From Octopus vulgaris (lineage: Eukaryota): DNA of 64,000 nt. The notes under the pieces are model-generated. The model saw nothing but the letters and a program-made list of their open reading frames with translations. It did no database searches and was not told the DNA's origin. Below are positions 1 through 14,010 of this stretch, in pieces. Both the position numbers and the translations under genes were made by a program. Where the stretch lies: assembly GCA_951406725.2 (NCBI GenBank), contig OX597816.1, positions 118,978,001 through 119,042,000 on the forward strand, written 5' to 3'. How positions within the stretch are numbered: position 1 is the first letter of the stretch; each line of letters opens with the position of its first letter.

Positions 1-317
1 CAGTTTAACCAAAACCGGGTATCTTATAGTCGTGATTCATATCGAGCCCTTCTGGGTATTTTCTCGCGTCTACGATGAGTCTACGATTTAAAAAAATTAC
101 CATAATTTTTTTCCATTTTAATGCATTTTTTCGCTATTATATAAGGGAAGTAACTCTCTAAAAATGTCTACGATGAGTCAACGATTTAAAAAAAAATTTA
201 CCATCATTTGTTTTCCATTTTTAATGTATTTGTTTGCTAATTTTTGGCTATAACTCTAAAAATGCTTATATAGTTATTTCCCTTACAAACCCGAGCAACG
301 CCGGGCGATACTGCTAG
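1..317 (+). mobile_element. 3' end of a non-autonomous Helitron-like element with an internal ~98-bp tandem duplication
   Basis: Ends in a short GC hairpin CCCGAGCAACGCCGGG followed by CTAG (314-317) and T, the canonical Helitron 3' terminus. GTCTACGATGAGTC recurs at 68 and 166. Confidence 0.7.
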
Positions 318-1779
318 TTTCAAATAAAATATTTAGATTTAGAAAATATCAGTTTTTATCAAAAGTAAAAAAATTGATTACAAGTTATTACTTCTATTTG
401 TTATTTACTTGTTACTTCTATAAAAAAAAAACTCAAAATATTTTTTGCACTTTAAAAAAATTCATTTTTTCAATTGTTAATTAATAATTAGAAATTTGAA
501 AGTAGGTTATAAACGAGAATAGTAGTACATAATTAGCACAATAAATAGAATACAAAAATTAGTTATGTATTACAGTAAAATCTACCGATAACAAATTCAC
601 AATAAAAATTTGCTTGTGTTATTGCCCAAGTCTTAAGATTTTTAGGCTTGAGCCAATGCCTATTTTTTACTTAATGAATTTGCCTACCATATATACTATT
701 CTACTTTGCATAAAACTTTAGCTATATTGGTACTGCTGGCTCTCAGTTTTAAAGTATTCTAGTGTGTCAACATTTTAACAAAATGATTGTACCTTTTTTA
801 ATTATAATGTTACTTTATAAATTAAAATCAAATAATTTTTAATATTCAAATTTTTTCCTTAGCTGCAATATTCTAAGTAATAAGTTGTCCTGGCTCGCAT
901 TTTTCCATGTAATCCATGCTTTTTCCAGGCTATGCTATTATGCTAATTAATAATGTATCAAATGTGTCAATTAGCGGTGTCATTGATAACTTTTTCTTCA
1001 CCTCAATGACGCTGGTGAAATATATTAAAAGTCCCCTTATAGAACTATATTATCATCCAAAAATTTGAGAAACAAACATTCATAACTTTTTTCTTTTAAA
1101 ACTTCATTGCATAAGATTAATACCATGAAATTCCTCGAATTTAAGCTTAATTAAAATATAGTCTGTTTTAAAAATAAAAAGTTAATTATACTTGAATCTA
1201 ATTTTTTGCTTTACTTATATATTTGTCATGATATTTAACCTCACAACATTTTTATTACAAATTTTTTTTTGCATGAGAACAAAACTATGAAATTCTTCGT
1301 GTCTCCTTCTATTATTTGAAGCTAAGATAAATATATTTTGCTTTTAAAATAAAAATGTTAGTTAGATCTAAACTTGATTGGTGGTATTACTTACTCTTCT
1401 GTAACGTTGCTACAAATTTTGATGTAAACTTTTTTTCTACTGGATCAAATCTCAATTTTTTTAATGCTAAAATGTAGCTAGGGATCAGACTTCTTCAAAA
1501 ATGTTAGCAGTTTCCAATTTGGTTAAGTACTGAAGTTGTGACAAGCTCTGATAGGTGCAGCCTTAAGAATATATATATGGAAAAGAAACCGAATAAAGGT
1601 TGAAAATGCGTTGAGTTTTTAATACTTGTATCATTTGTTTATGTTTCTTTTTTTAATATTAAAATACCTTTTTTTTATGTGTTTATATATTACGGAGGTG
1701 AAGGTAAGTTTTACATACATAACACACGCAAAACACACATACACACAGAAAGGGGGAGTAAAGCTTACATGCTACCTTC

Positions 1780-2154
1780 TTTTATTATTTTACTTGTTTC
1801 AGTCATTTGACTGTGGCCATGCTGGAGCACCGCCTTAAAGAATTTTAGTCGAAGAAATCGACCCCAAGACTTATTCTTTGTAAGCTTACTACTTATTCTA
1901 TCGGTTTCTTTTGCCGAACCACTAAGCTACGGGGACATAAACACACCAGGATCGGTTGTCAAGCGATGGTGGGGTGGAAGACACACAAATATAGACATAT
2001 ATATATGTGTGTGTGTGTGTGTGTATGTGTATACGACGGACGTCTTTCAGTTTCTGTCTACTAAATCCACTTACAATGCTTTGGTCAATCCGGGACTATA
2101 GTAGAAGACACTTGCCCAAGGTGCCACGCAGTGGGACTGAACCCGGAACCATGT
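1780..2154 (-). mobile_element. SINE family A (long SINE with internal TA/TG microsatellite), 5'-truncated
   Basis: Reverse complement of the family seen at 35390-35555/37190-37390 and 48785-49200 (GGCAAGTGTCTTCT...GGTGCTCCAGCATGGCC...CTGAAACAAGTAAAA). Confidence 0.85.
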
Positions 2155-2784
2155 GTTGTTGTTTATGATGATGTTTGCTGTTTATTTATACGTATTTGTT
2201 TGCTTGATGTTGGTCTGACCATCCCTCTGTCTGTCCAGGTTTGCTCGCCTGTCGCTACGTCCCATTAGTAGTGCTCCAAATATACACCCATACCTACATT
2301 GAGGTTTTAATATGAAAAAAGTTTTAGCGAATGAATTTTAGCGCATGATGTAGCAAAAGGAGAGTTTGTGGTAAAAGAAATAAATGATATTTAACTGTAG
2401 AAGGAAAATCATATGTTTTTCGATATGTATGGGCAAGCTTCCATTTTATGCAACTGAATCCAGAACCATGTGGTTGGGATGCAAGCTTTTATCCATTGCA
2501 TTGGCCATAAAGGTCTTACAAAGAAAGGAAGCTACGGGCTGGAGATGACATAATGATATGAAATGACAAACGAAATGATAATAAATGAAAGCAACAAGCA
2601 ACGCCCGCCGATTGCTGTCTACCCGAGAGCATTGTTCATTTTAGCTTACATATTCGAGGCAACAAACATCTTACATACGAAGAAATCGATCCCAAGACTT
2701 ATTCTTTGTAAGCCTACTACTTATTCTATCTTCTTACCACACAGCCACATATATTTACATACATATACATACATACATGCATAA

Positions 2785-2880
<96 letters not shown>

Positions 2881-3269
2881 CTCGTCTAGGCTTAAAGGCC
2901 CTCATTGTTTGTTTTCCTGTCCTGTTGTTAAAAAAGGTCCGTTCCATGCTTGTTTTTACGTTTTCGTTTCTCGTTGAGTTCTACGTCTATTTGTGGTGTC
3001 CTGTACTCACGTATATATATTTATATATGCATGTATATATACATGTAGATGTAGGTACGTACATATATGTATGTATGTATGCATATATTTTATTTATTAC
3101 ACTATATATATATATATGTATGTGTATGTGTGTGTGTATGTATGTGTGTATATATACATACATGCGTATATACATGTATACATGTATACAATATATGGTA
3201 TATATATATATGCTCACACACACATCTATCCATGTATACAATACACACACTCACATATATACATATATA

Positions 3270-3331
<62 letters not shown>

Positions 3332-3629
3332 GCATACACATATATATACATCTATGTCTATATACATCTCTCTCCCCAATCTTTTTCTGCCTATCTCTTC
3401 TCTTCCATTCTTCCATTTTCGCCCTCTTTCTCAACTAGTTTGGCATCAAATGTTGTTTGTTCGACTGCTTATTGTGGCTGTTAATACTGCTGTTGTTGTT
3501 GTTGTTGTTGTTTATGATGATGTTTGCTGTTTATTTATACGTATTTGTTTGCCTGATGTTGGTCTGACCATCCGTCTGTCTGTCCGGGTTTGCTCGCTTG
3601 TCGCTACGCCCCATCAGTAGTGCTCCAAA
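2154..3629 (+). repeat. Local ~127-bp direct duplication (2154-2280 and 3503-3629)
   Basis: TGTTTATGATGATGTTTGCTG...TAGTGCTCCAAA occurs twice with scattered mismatches. Confidence 0.85.
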
Positions 3630-4445
3630 CAATCATGGCTCCTAGCACCGACACTGCCCCAACCACAGTTTACTGCACCCCGACCCCCCCCTTTGTATGC
3701 TTCCTTAACTGTCTGTCTGCCTGTCTGCCGGAATACGGTAGCTTTTCTTCCTCCCGAAGGCGAAATAAATAGATAAATAAGTCCTCTGCACCCAAACCGC
3801 GTCATATCATCATCATCATCAACCGTCATCACCGATATCACTTGCAGCAGCAGCAGCAGCAGCCACAAGGAGGTGAAGAAGGGAGAGGAGGAAGAAGAAG
3901 AAAAAGAAGACGAAGATGATGATGATGATGATGATGTGGAGGAGGAGGAGGAGGAGGAGGCCGAGGAGAAGGAAGAGGAAGGATAAAAATAAAAAAGAGA
4001 GTAAGAAGAAACAGAAAAAGAAAAGGAGGAAAATAAAAAAGTGAAGAATTATAGAAAAAGAAAAAGAGAAACAAAGAAAAAGAGGAAGAAAAAGGAGAAG
4101 AAAGCAGAAAGAAAAATGAAGAAAAAAGAGTTAAAAGATGAAAAGACGAAGAAAAAGGAGGAGGAGGAGAAGAAGAAGAAAGAACGGAACAAAGAAAGAA
4201 AGAAAAGAAGAAGAAAAGAGAAGAAAAAGATACATCACTTTGTTGACAGGTCTTGTAGTGTTGGAAGATGCTGTCGTCAGATGGCTCTGTTTGCGTCGCA
4301 ATTTGTCCTGAAAGGCCGACCAACAACGCATGTGACGAATGAGCGTTCCTGTCCCTCAAGACCTTTAGCCTTTTAAATGATATCTGCCGTGCTTGCCACG
4401 CGATTGTTTTTCCGGAGTGAAAGCGAATGTGCGTTTGAGTTGTGT

Positions 4446-4533
<88 letters not shown>

Positions 4534-4731
4534 GTGTGCGTCTGTGTGTGTGAGAGAGTGTGTATTTCTCTGTGTGTGTATGTGTATGCATGCATGTATG
4601 TATGTATGTGCGTGTATGTATGTGTATGTATATGTATGTCTGTATGTTTGTATGTATATATGCATGTATGCATGTATGCATGTATATATACCGGCCAACA
4701 ATGTGTGTGCGTGTATGTATGTGTATGTATA

Positions 4732-4764
<33 letters not shown>

Positions 4765-5058
4765 GCATGTATGTATGTATGCATGTATGCATGTATATAT
4801 ACATGTGTGTATATATGTATGAATGTATGTATGAATGTGTATGTACATATGCATGTATGTGTGTATGTATGCACATATGTATGTATATATGTATGTGTGC
4901 GTCTGTGTGTTTGTAATTTTGTGTATGTACAAGTGCGTGTGTATACGTGACATCTATATACATGTGTGTACATGTGTGTGCGCGTGCGCGTTCTTGTGTG
5001 TGTCCGTGCACTTGTGTGATTGTATGTGTGTGTGTATAGATGACATCTATGTACACGC

Positions 5059-5089
<31 letters not shown>

Positions 5090-5363
5090 TGTATCTGAAT
5101 CAGTGTTTAGCTATGTGTATATGAAAGCATGTGTGTGAGTGAATGTGTGTGTGAATATATATGCTCGCGCGTATTAGTACGTTTACTTGTGACTGTATGT
5201 GTACGTTTGTGTACGTGTATGTATATGTGTATACATGTGCACGTGTGTATATGTATGTGCATGTGTGTATAACCGAACCAGTGTTCAAATGTGTATGACT
5301 ATCTGTATGTATGTGTGTGTGCGTGTCCATATGTATGTTTCTATGTGTGTCTATCTATATATA

Positions 5364-5406
<43 letters not shown>

Positions 5407-5498
5407 TTGTTTGATCTATATTAGGTTCATAGTATTTCTGCGAGCGGTTTGCGAGTATATATGCGTGAGTGCGTGTATATGTGTATGTGAGTGAGTGC

Positions 5499-5555
<57 letters not shown>

Positions 5556-5861
5556 TGTCTGTCTGTCTGTATGCATGTGAGGGAGCTTTAGGTGTGTCTC
5601 TGTGTAAGTGTTTGGGTGCATGTGAGTCCTCGGACGTGAGTGTGCATATGCATTTGTGCATGCGTATACAACTAAATCTGCACCAGTGAATGGTATTCCA
5701 TGCGTGCCTGTGTGTCTGTTGAGATCTTATTTAATATTTTGTTGTTTATATTTACTTGTTCTTTTCTTTTGTTTCTTTTTTTCAATGTATTTTCCCCTTT
5801 ACTCCTAACACTGTTTCATATCGACCCACACAGCTCTGTCATGAACATCACAACATTACAC

Positions 5862-5896
<35 letters not shown>

Positions 5897-6020
5897 ACAT
5901 CATCATCACCACCACCACCACCGCCACCGCCACCGCCAAACATCACCGCCACCGCCAAACCACCACCACCACCACCACCACCACCACCACCACCATCATC
6001 ACCACCGCCGCCGCCAGTAA
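2786..6020. repeat. Compound microsatellite / low-complexity block: (TATC)n, (TA)n, GA-rich, (TG)n, (CAT)n/(CAC)n
   Basis: Directly visible arrays that explain the YI/HT/VC/HHH ORFs in the track. Confidence 0.95.
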
Positions 6021-6480
6021 CACCACCTCAATAAATTCATCGTTTCTTTTACCACCACCGCTGGCGTCAGCACCAACACAATCATCACCGCCGCCTCCAC
6101 CACCAAGTAATGTGACTTTATCAGACGAGACGAAACCATTTGACTCATTAATATCTCAAACTGCTGAACTCTTACCGAACAGTTTGTTTCATGTGTTGGT
6201 CAGCGTTGGTCAGCGTTGGTCAGCGTTGGTCAACGGTCGGTCTCGGTCCCTAGACGTGATGACAAAAAAGAGCGGAGCAAAAACGACATTATTGGAGTCT
6301 GATTTATTCCTACTGGACACACGGCTAAGATTTCATATGCAGGAGTGTATATGTGTGTGTATGTATGTCGGTGTGTGTGTGTGTGTGTGAGCGTGCGTGT
6401 GTTTGTGTGAGTGTGTGTATGTATGTTGGTGTGTGCGTGTGTGTTGGTGTGTTCATGTAAGTATGTATGTATGTTGGTGT

Positions 6481-6518
<38 letters not shown>

Positions 6519-7024
6519 TACATAGCCAATTGATAGCAATTCCAAGATGTCTACTTTTTTTCGCTCATTTGATGATTTTTGTAATTAGAACGCGGCCACG
6601 CTGGAGCACTACATTCAAACGATTTTAGTCAAGCATATGGTATTTACGAAATATTTTTTAAAAAGATGTTTATTTTATTTTGCAGGTTTCTAAAACGATG
6701 GCGAATTGGCGGAATCTGTTGCATGTCAGTCTTGGAATCTGAAATAATAATTGTCCCGACTCCGTGAGTTCAATCCCTTCCGCGGTCAAATCTTTCTTTC
6801 TTTTCCGACAGGGAACATTTTCTGTATGTGACACAGATTGCGTAAGCTTGGGTGTAGTTTAATTTAAAATCGGGATCATATTATAATATTATACTGCAAT
6901 TTTTGGAATCATTATCGAACCATCCAACTAAAATCCTTCAAGGTGGTTCCCAAGTATGGCTGCAGTCTGATGACTGGAGTTTGTACACACACGCACATAT
7001 ATATATATGTGTGTGTGTGTGTGT

Positions 7025-7322
7025 GGAGACGCAATGGCCCAGTGGTTAGAGCAGCGGGCTCGCGGTCGGAAGATCGCGGTTTCGATTCTCAGACCGGGCT
7101 TTGTATGTGTTTATGGAGTGAAAACACCTAAAAGCTCCACGAGGCTCCGGCAGGGGGTGGTGGCGAACCCTGTTGTACTCTTTCGCCCCAACTTTCTCTC
7201 ACTCTTTCTTCCTGTTTCTTGAGTAACGCTGCGATGGACTGGCGTCCCGTCCAGCTGGGGAGGGGGGGCACACACGCCATACAAACCGGGCCCATGAGCC
7301 TGGCTAGGCTTGGAAAGAGCGT
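7025..7322 (+). mobile_element. tRNA-headed SINE (family C-related)
   Basis: Head TGGCCCAGTGG (A box) ... GTTTCGATTC (B-box-like). The tail CGGGCCCATGAGCCTGGCTAGGCTT is shared with the minus-strand copy at 57830-58040. Confidence 0.8.
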
Positions 7323-7325
7323 ATA

Positions 7326-7371
<46 letters not shown>

Positions 7372-7793
7372 GCATGCATACACATGCATACACGTACATA
7401 TATGTATGCATACACGTACATATATGCATACACGTACATATATGTACGCATGCATACACATGCAATGGTGGTGCCTCAGCACGGCCACAACCTTAGCGCA
7501 GCAGCAGAACAAAATACCACAGATTAATGAAGACCTGTTTAATTAGTGGGTAGCCTTAGAAGTAGAAATATATGGTGTTGGCCTGTGTGCAGCACTTATT
7601 ATTTGGTGCCAAACAGAAAACAGTTGCTAAATGTGTAGATTAGGACCACATGGTTGCACAGTGAAAACTTAACTGCACAGCAGCCAACATCACCACCACC
7701 ACCACCACTGTACACACACACACACACACACACAACGTACGCACGCAAACATCATTTGATGCCTTCGGTGTTTAATATTTGCCATCTAACGTT

Positions 7794-8005
7794 AAGGTGG
7801 TGAGCTGGCAGAATCGTTAGCACGGCGGGCAAAATGCTTAGCGACATATCGTCTGTCTTTACGTTGAGTTCAAATTCTGCCGAGATCGACTTTGCTTTTC
7901 ATCATTTCGGACTCGATAGAATAAGTACAAACTCAGCACTGGGGTCGATGTAATCGACTTATCCCGCCCGAACGAAGTTGCTGGCCTTGTGCCAAAATTT
8001 GAACC
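7794..8005 (+). mobile_element. SINE family B
   Basis: GAGCTGGCAGAATCGTTAGCAC...GAGTTCAAATTC...GGGGTCGATGTAATCGAC; homologous to 38128-38358. Confidence 0.85.
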
Positions 8006-8042
8006 CAACCAAGCGAAACGTGAACAACATGAAACTCCGAGT

Positions 8043-8092
<50 letters not shown>

Positions 8093-8752
8093 CATATGCG
8101 TATTCATATATGCTTATATATACAAATACATTCAAACATACAGATATAAATGTGCGCGAGCCTGTGTGTGCATGCATGTATGCATGTATGTAAATATGTA
8201 GGTATATGTAAACATGTATATATATTTGTATACCTACATATAGATATGTGTGTGTGTGTGTGTTTTATACATATTTAGGCACGTACGTCTTTGTATGTGT
8301 ATGTATGTACGAACATACACTGAGAAAATATCGAAAGAAAGAATAATAAAGAAATAAAGATAGAAAAATGAAAAAATATGAGAGAATATAGGAGAACTCG
8401 ATGCGGGATAAAATGAGATCTCCTCCCATCAAAAAAAAAAAAAACCCCTAAAAGTCAAACACGAAACAGCACCACCCTCCCTCAAACAATCCTTCCCCAA
8501 ATGAAACAAAAAAAAAAAGAACAACAGAAGAAAAAATCCATACCAATGGCTATTTTTACTGTTTACACATCAAAAGTGTCCTTCATCTGTTCATCTTGAC
8601 GTTGTGTTCTGGAAAGTTTTCAACCCAGTTGGCTGTCTGTCGCCATTGTTTGATCACGTGTCACTAGTATGCATAATTTGTTTCTTATCTGTCGTCTGCC
8701 CTTTTTGTTGTTGTTGCTCTCTTGCATGTTTGCTGGATTGAACGAACGTCTG

Positions 8753-8805
<53 letters not shown>

Positions 8806-9204
8806 CGTGTGTGTGTGATTCTTTTATGTTAATATTTATGAAGTGTTTAACTGCATATAATGTGTGAACAGTGTTTGTGTATAGATGTGCTTGTGTGGCC
8901 GTGTGTGTGTGAGTGTGTGTGTGTGTGAGTTTATGTGTGAGTGTGTGTGTATGTATGCTTATGTGTTCGCATGTTACTTCTACGTTAGCATTTATGGAGT
9001 GTTTAACTCCATATAAAGGCATAGACGGGCCTGTGTGTATGCGTGTGTTTCTGTGACAATGTGTGTGTCTGTAGGTGAGGCTATGTGTACATGTGTGATT
9101 ATTCTATTATTGTGCGGTGTTGTATCTGTGAATGCCTCTGAGTGTTTATACGTGTACGCGTATGTGGTGTGATTACTCTGGTGAAAGCGAGTGCCTTTGA
9201 GCAT

Positions 9205-9350
9205 GTATTCCTATGTTTCCGACGAAGAGCTCCGCTCGAAACGTTTAACCCTCCTTATTTCCTTCTTTCCTGTGCGTCCAATAATACTATATTTGTTCCA
9301 CGTCCTCGCGTTGTTGTGTGTTTTTTTCGTGCTTTCTTGTTTTGATTAAC
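9205..9350 (+). mobile_element. Penelope-like element terminal repeat fragment
   Basis: Homologous to the reverse complement of 61221-61365. Contains a minimal hammerhead motif and ends at a (TA)n tract. Confidence 0.7.
9216..9248 (+). ncRNA. Minimal PLE-type hammerhead ribozyme motif (non-canonical C4)
   Basis: TTT CCGACGA A GAGC TCC GCTC GAAACGTT: stem II GAGC/GCTC, GAAA, palindromic ACGT stem III. Confidence 0.6.
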
Positions 9351-9393
9351 AATATATATATATTAACAATATATTAACAATATATTTTTGATT

Positions 9394-9433
<40 letters not shown>

Positions 9434-9765
9434 TTATATAAGTCTGTGTATGAGTATGTATGTATGTATGTATGTATGTGGGTCAGTATGTGTGAATGTA
9501 TTTATGTATGTATGCATGTATATATATATGTGAGTCTGTGTATTGTGCCTGTGTTTGTATGAAAACATGTGTACATCCATATACGCAAATCTACTGATAT
9601 TTAATATATACACCTATACACCGGAAAACGGTTATTATAATCACTTTGATAAATTTTTAGATTACAATAACCGGCTGACATTATTGGGAAAATTAAGACT
9701 ATATGAATACATATATATGCACATATAAACGTAACGTACATACACATAAACATGTATATATATAA

Positions 9766-9814
<49 letters not shown>

Positions 9815-10759
9815 CACACGCGCTCACATATATACATATACACGTAAAAGTGTATGCATATATGTTCGCTTTATTGTAAATTTGTAAGTGTAATGATACC
9901 TGTGCATATATGTATGTATGCATGTATGTGTATATAAAAACTCCTTAAACTAGACACCAGTATTTAAACGTTATCTATGCCTGCTAAGATTACCCACGAA
10001 GAAAAACCAACCAATACCAATGTCTATATATGTGTGTGTGCGTATGTGTGTGCTTGTGTGTATGTGTGTGTGTGTGTGTGTGTGTATGTGTGTGTGTGTG
10101 TATACACACTCGCACGTATATGTAAATACATCCCGATACGTATTTCTGCATAAACATATGCAAGTATATGTATGTATGTATGCATGTATGTATGTATGTA
10201 TGTATGTATGTATGTATGTATGTATGTATGTATGTATGTATGTATATATATATATATGTACATATATAAGCACATGCACAAAATGGCTCAAAACATACCT
10301 TTTAGGAAATCTCTCACAGCTCATGAGAATTAAAGCAGTAAAAATAAAATAAACAATAAAACATAAACACCCCATACGTCATGCATGCGTACAATTCATA
10401 CATATATACATTTATAATTATATTTATACATACATATATGCACACACATACACACATGCATACATACACATACATATACATACATACATATATACATATG
10501 TACATACATACGTAAGTGCATACAAGCAAGCAACTGAGGAAGCAAATAATACAACAAAAAAAATGGCAGCTCTGTTAGTTGTGTAAATATTGTCCTCTAG
10601 CCCTGTCCTGTCTGTTTTATGAGACGTAATAGCAATGATGGAGGTAGCTTGGCATTTCACAATTTGGAGATGTCATTATCTTCGCTTTCGACTGTGATTT
10701 GTTAAAAGAAAACATGACGGTGAAAGTCATGCTTTTTTTTTTCAATAATTACATGCAGC

Positions 10760-10917
10760 ACGGGTGTTTGGTTAAGAAGCTTGTTTTGTAACCACATAGT
10801 TTCAGGTTCAGTCCCATTGCGCAGTATGGTGAGCAGATGTCTCCTACTATAATTTCTTGGTCGGCCAATGCCACGTGAGTGAATTTGGTGGAAGGAAACT
10901 GTGTGGAAGTCCGACGT
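10760..10917 (+). mobile_element. SINE family A, 5' half, diverged
   Basis: GGTTAAGAAGCTTG...CAGGTTCAGTCCCA...GTGAATTTGGT...GGAAACTG. Confidence 0.7.
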
Positions 10918-10956
10918 ATGTATGTATGTATGTATGTATGTATGTATGTATGTATG

Positions 10957-10987
<31 letters not shown>

Positions 10988-11026
10988 TGGAAGCGTCCCG
11001 TTCTGTTAAATAATAAATAATATATA

Positions 11027-11077
<51 letters not shown>

Positions 11078-11090
11078 TATACTATATATA

Positions 11091-11164
<74 letters not shown>

Positions 11165-11168
<4 letters not shown>

Positions 11169-11345
11169 CAATTCAATGAATAAATAATTAAAAAACGAAA
11201 AAAAGAAAAGAAAAATGAAAAAAACCAACGTGAAGACGTGCACAAGAAATATATAAGCTTGATGCTTGGTGAAAGAAGATGGTTTAACGTTTCGAGCATA
11301 AGCTCTTCGTCGGAAAGAAGAAAGGGAAAAGTTAAAAAAATCGGC
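11165..11345 (-). mobile_element. Penelope-like terminal repeat with minimal hammerhead (11283-11316)
   Basis: Minus strand reads TTT CCGACGA A GAGC TTAT GCTC GAAACGTT AAA. Same orientation as the adjacent PLE ORF relic and flanked by (TA)n. Confidence 0.7.
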
Positions 11346-11373
11346 AACGGCCTCTTGTAGTTACATCTCTGAA

Positions 11374-11423
<50 letters not shown>

Positions 11424-11461
11424 GTGGAATTATATGGTAATAAAAGACAATAATAATCGCT

Positions 11462-11510
<49 letters not shown>

Positions 11511-11689
11511 TCATACACACACACACACATATATATACATATATCTATATACATACGCATGCATACATATACATGGGCATATATATAAATGTATACATAA
11601 ATGCGCAGATACTAAAATATATGCACATAATTACTACATAAAGCATAGGTATCTAACATATAATCGGCACGATAAATATATACTGCTTG

Positions 11690-13725
11690 TTTACATGCTA
11701 GATAGAGATCTTGTGCGTTACGTCATCACAAATGTAGTTTATAGAAAGAATTTCGGGATATTATCAATATATGGGAATTTTGTTCAACTGTATTATTTGA
11801 TTATTGAGTATCGTTAATAATAGTTTAAAATTAATATTTACGTAATAGGCCGAAAATATGTTTTGTAAGATAAAAGTTCTAAATATTCAGTTAAGGATAA
11901 ATATAAAAAAGACAGTTGTCTTAGTTATAGATAGGAATTTGTTACGTTATATGATCTCAATTAGTGTTAATAGAAATAGTTACGAAAAATATTCAATATG
12001 TAGTGTTCAAGTTAATCTCAATAAATAAATTATTAATAATTATTAATTATTGTTTAGGATATTGTTAGAATTTTAGTTGTTAATTTAAGGTAATAAAGTT
12101 GAATACATTATGTATCATGAGTTTTTTTGATCAATAATAGTTATCTGAATTAGTGTTTATAGATATAGTTACGAAACATTTTCAATAACAGTAGTCTGTT
12201 ATATCAATAGGTAATATCTCTCCTAAATGATAGAGGATATTATATGAATATTATATTATATAGTTTATTATTACCCTATATTATGAGTATTAAGTTTAAT
12301 TATACTTAGAAAAAACATATTTCGCTGAATGAAGACAGGATATATTTTTCCTTTTTTAAATTAATTTTTTTCCATACGCTTCTTCAGTACACAACTCACA
12401 TCTTTTGTTGGAGATTTTACATGAATTTGAAAAACTAACAATCTCCCATTTGATATTAAATTCAACGTGATTATCCTTTAATTCCCATATGAACTTATTT
12501 AATCCGGTAGAATTAAATTTTTGTCTATTTTTAAAGCTATGTATATGGTTAGTCACCCTAATATTAATTCTATTTTCTGTTGACCCTATATAATAGAATT
12601 TCTTTCCTTGAAATTCAACTATACATTGGTAGACTAAGTTATCTTTCTTACATAATTTTTAAAATTTACAATTAATTTTAACTTTACAGTCGCAAGTTTC
12701 AGTTACATCTTTATGTATAGATTTATTCGAAGTATTATTAGGAAAGGAATGAATACGAGTTATTTCTCTTCTATCATTAAGGTATTTATGACCGTTAGCA
12801 TTATTATTTAGGTTTTGGAGATTTAGTTGGTGTTGAGGTGAATTATTGTATTGGATATATCTATTACTGCAGAAATTGTCTAATTTTTTGTTGTTAATAG
12901 ATGATATAATCATGAACAGGTTACGAATTAAACTAAACCCAACTCTGGCACGTTTATAATTGATAATTTCCCTATATATATTATCTCGTTAAAATATTTA
13001 TAGACTTGTATATAAATTTGATTAAATTACTTTTGATTTGCATAGAATATAGAATGACAAACCAAATCGTATTAGATTCTTTCGATTTATTTTTAGAGAG
13101 ATTATAATCTATCGTTGATTTAGTAAAATTTATGGAAGGGGTATATGGTTTATTTTTCTATTATAAATATTATGTGGATTATCAATGGTGTGAGTATTCA
13201 AGGGAATTATCGGTTTATCATTATCACCCGATTTATTATTTACGTGTTTGTCACTATAAGAATAATTATAATTATTTATTAGTTGCATATTATTTATATT
13301 AGATTTATATTTGTTTTTTTCTATATTGTGTTTTCTATTTCGAGGTTGATGTTTATTTATTTCGAGTTTATTATTATTACCACTTACTAGTTTATTATTA
13401 GATGATTTATTAATCCTACGTTTGTTTTTACTGATAGGTTTAGCTTTGACTGAATAAGCAGTCTTTCCAGTTTTAGTTCCTGTCCTATCATATATATAAT
13501 TTTATCATTTGGTGGACGGTATTTTATCTTGTCTATATATCCAGCTTTAGATAGCGCCATGTTGTTATAATCTGCATGTTTCATAAATATTTTTTCATTA
13601 GATGATAGATGTGATGTTCTTTTTTCCTATGTTGGAGATTAACGTATTTTTAATTGATCCTGGATGATTACTTAGGAAATTATATTAGCTTAAATCAGTA
13701 TTTAATTTATGAATTAATACTTTTA
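11690..13725 (-). pseudogene. Degenerate Penelope-like retroelement ORF (RT C-terminus, linker and GIY-YIG endonuclease)
   Basis: Fragmented minus-strand translation: NHPGSIK...LSSNEKIFMKHADYNNMALSKAGY (RT thumb), CDCKVKINCKF, LVYQCIVEF...YYIGSTE...HIHSFK...IWELKD...IKWEIV...RCELCTEE (PLE GIY-YIG with flanking Cys). Confidence 0.85.
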
Positions 13726-13864
13726 AGGTATATCTTTACCCCTGATGATATTTTTCTCATCAGGGGAATTTATATATACATGCACACACACATATATATA
13801 TAATATATAATATATATATATATACATACATCTATACATATGCATATATATATATATACGATAT

Positions 13865-14010
13865 ACTTCTTTCAGTTTCTACCTAGCATGGTAGAAACAA
13901 GGTTTTGGTCGGATCGGGGCTATTGTAGAAGATAATTGCCAATATTCCACGCAGTGAGACTGAACTCAAGATCATATGGTTGTGAAGCAAGCTTTTCAAC
14001 CACACATCCC
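13865..14010 (-). mobile_element. SINE family A, 5' half, diverged
   Basis: CTTCTTTCAGTTTC...GTAGAAGA...CCACGCAGTGAGACTGAAC. Confidence 0.65.

Noticed and set aside
4230-4440. GC-balanced unique stretch that might be an exon
   Set aside because: No convincing splice pair with an open frame or recognisable peptide.
6194-6232. Four copies of GTTGGTCAGC
   Set aside because: A short tandem minisatellite with no spacers; not CRISPR-like.
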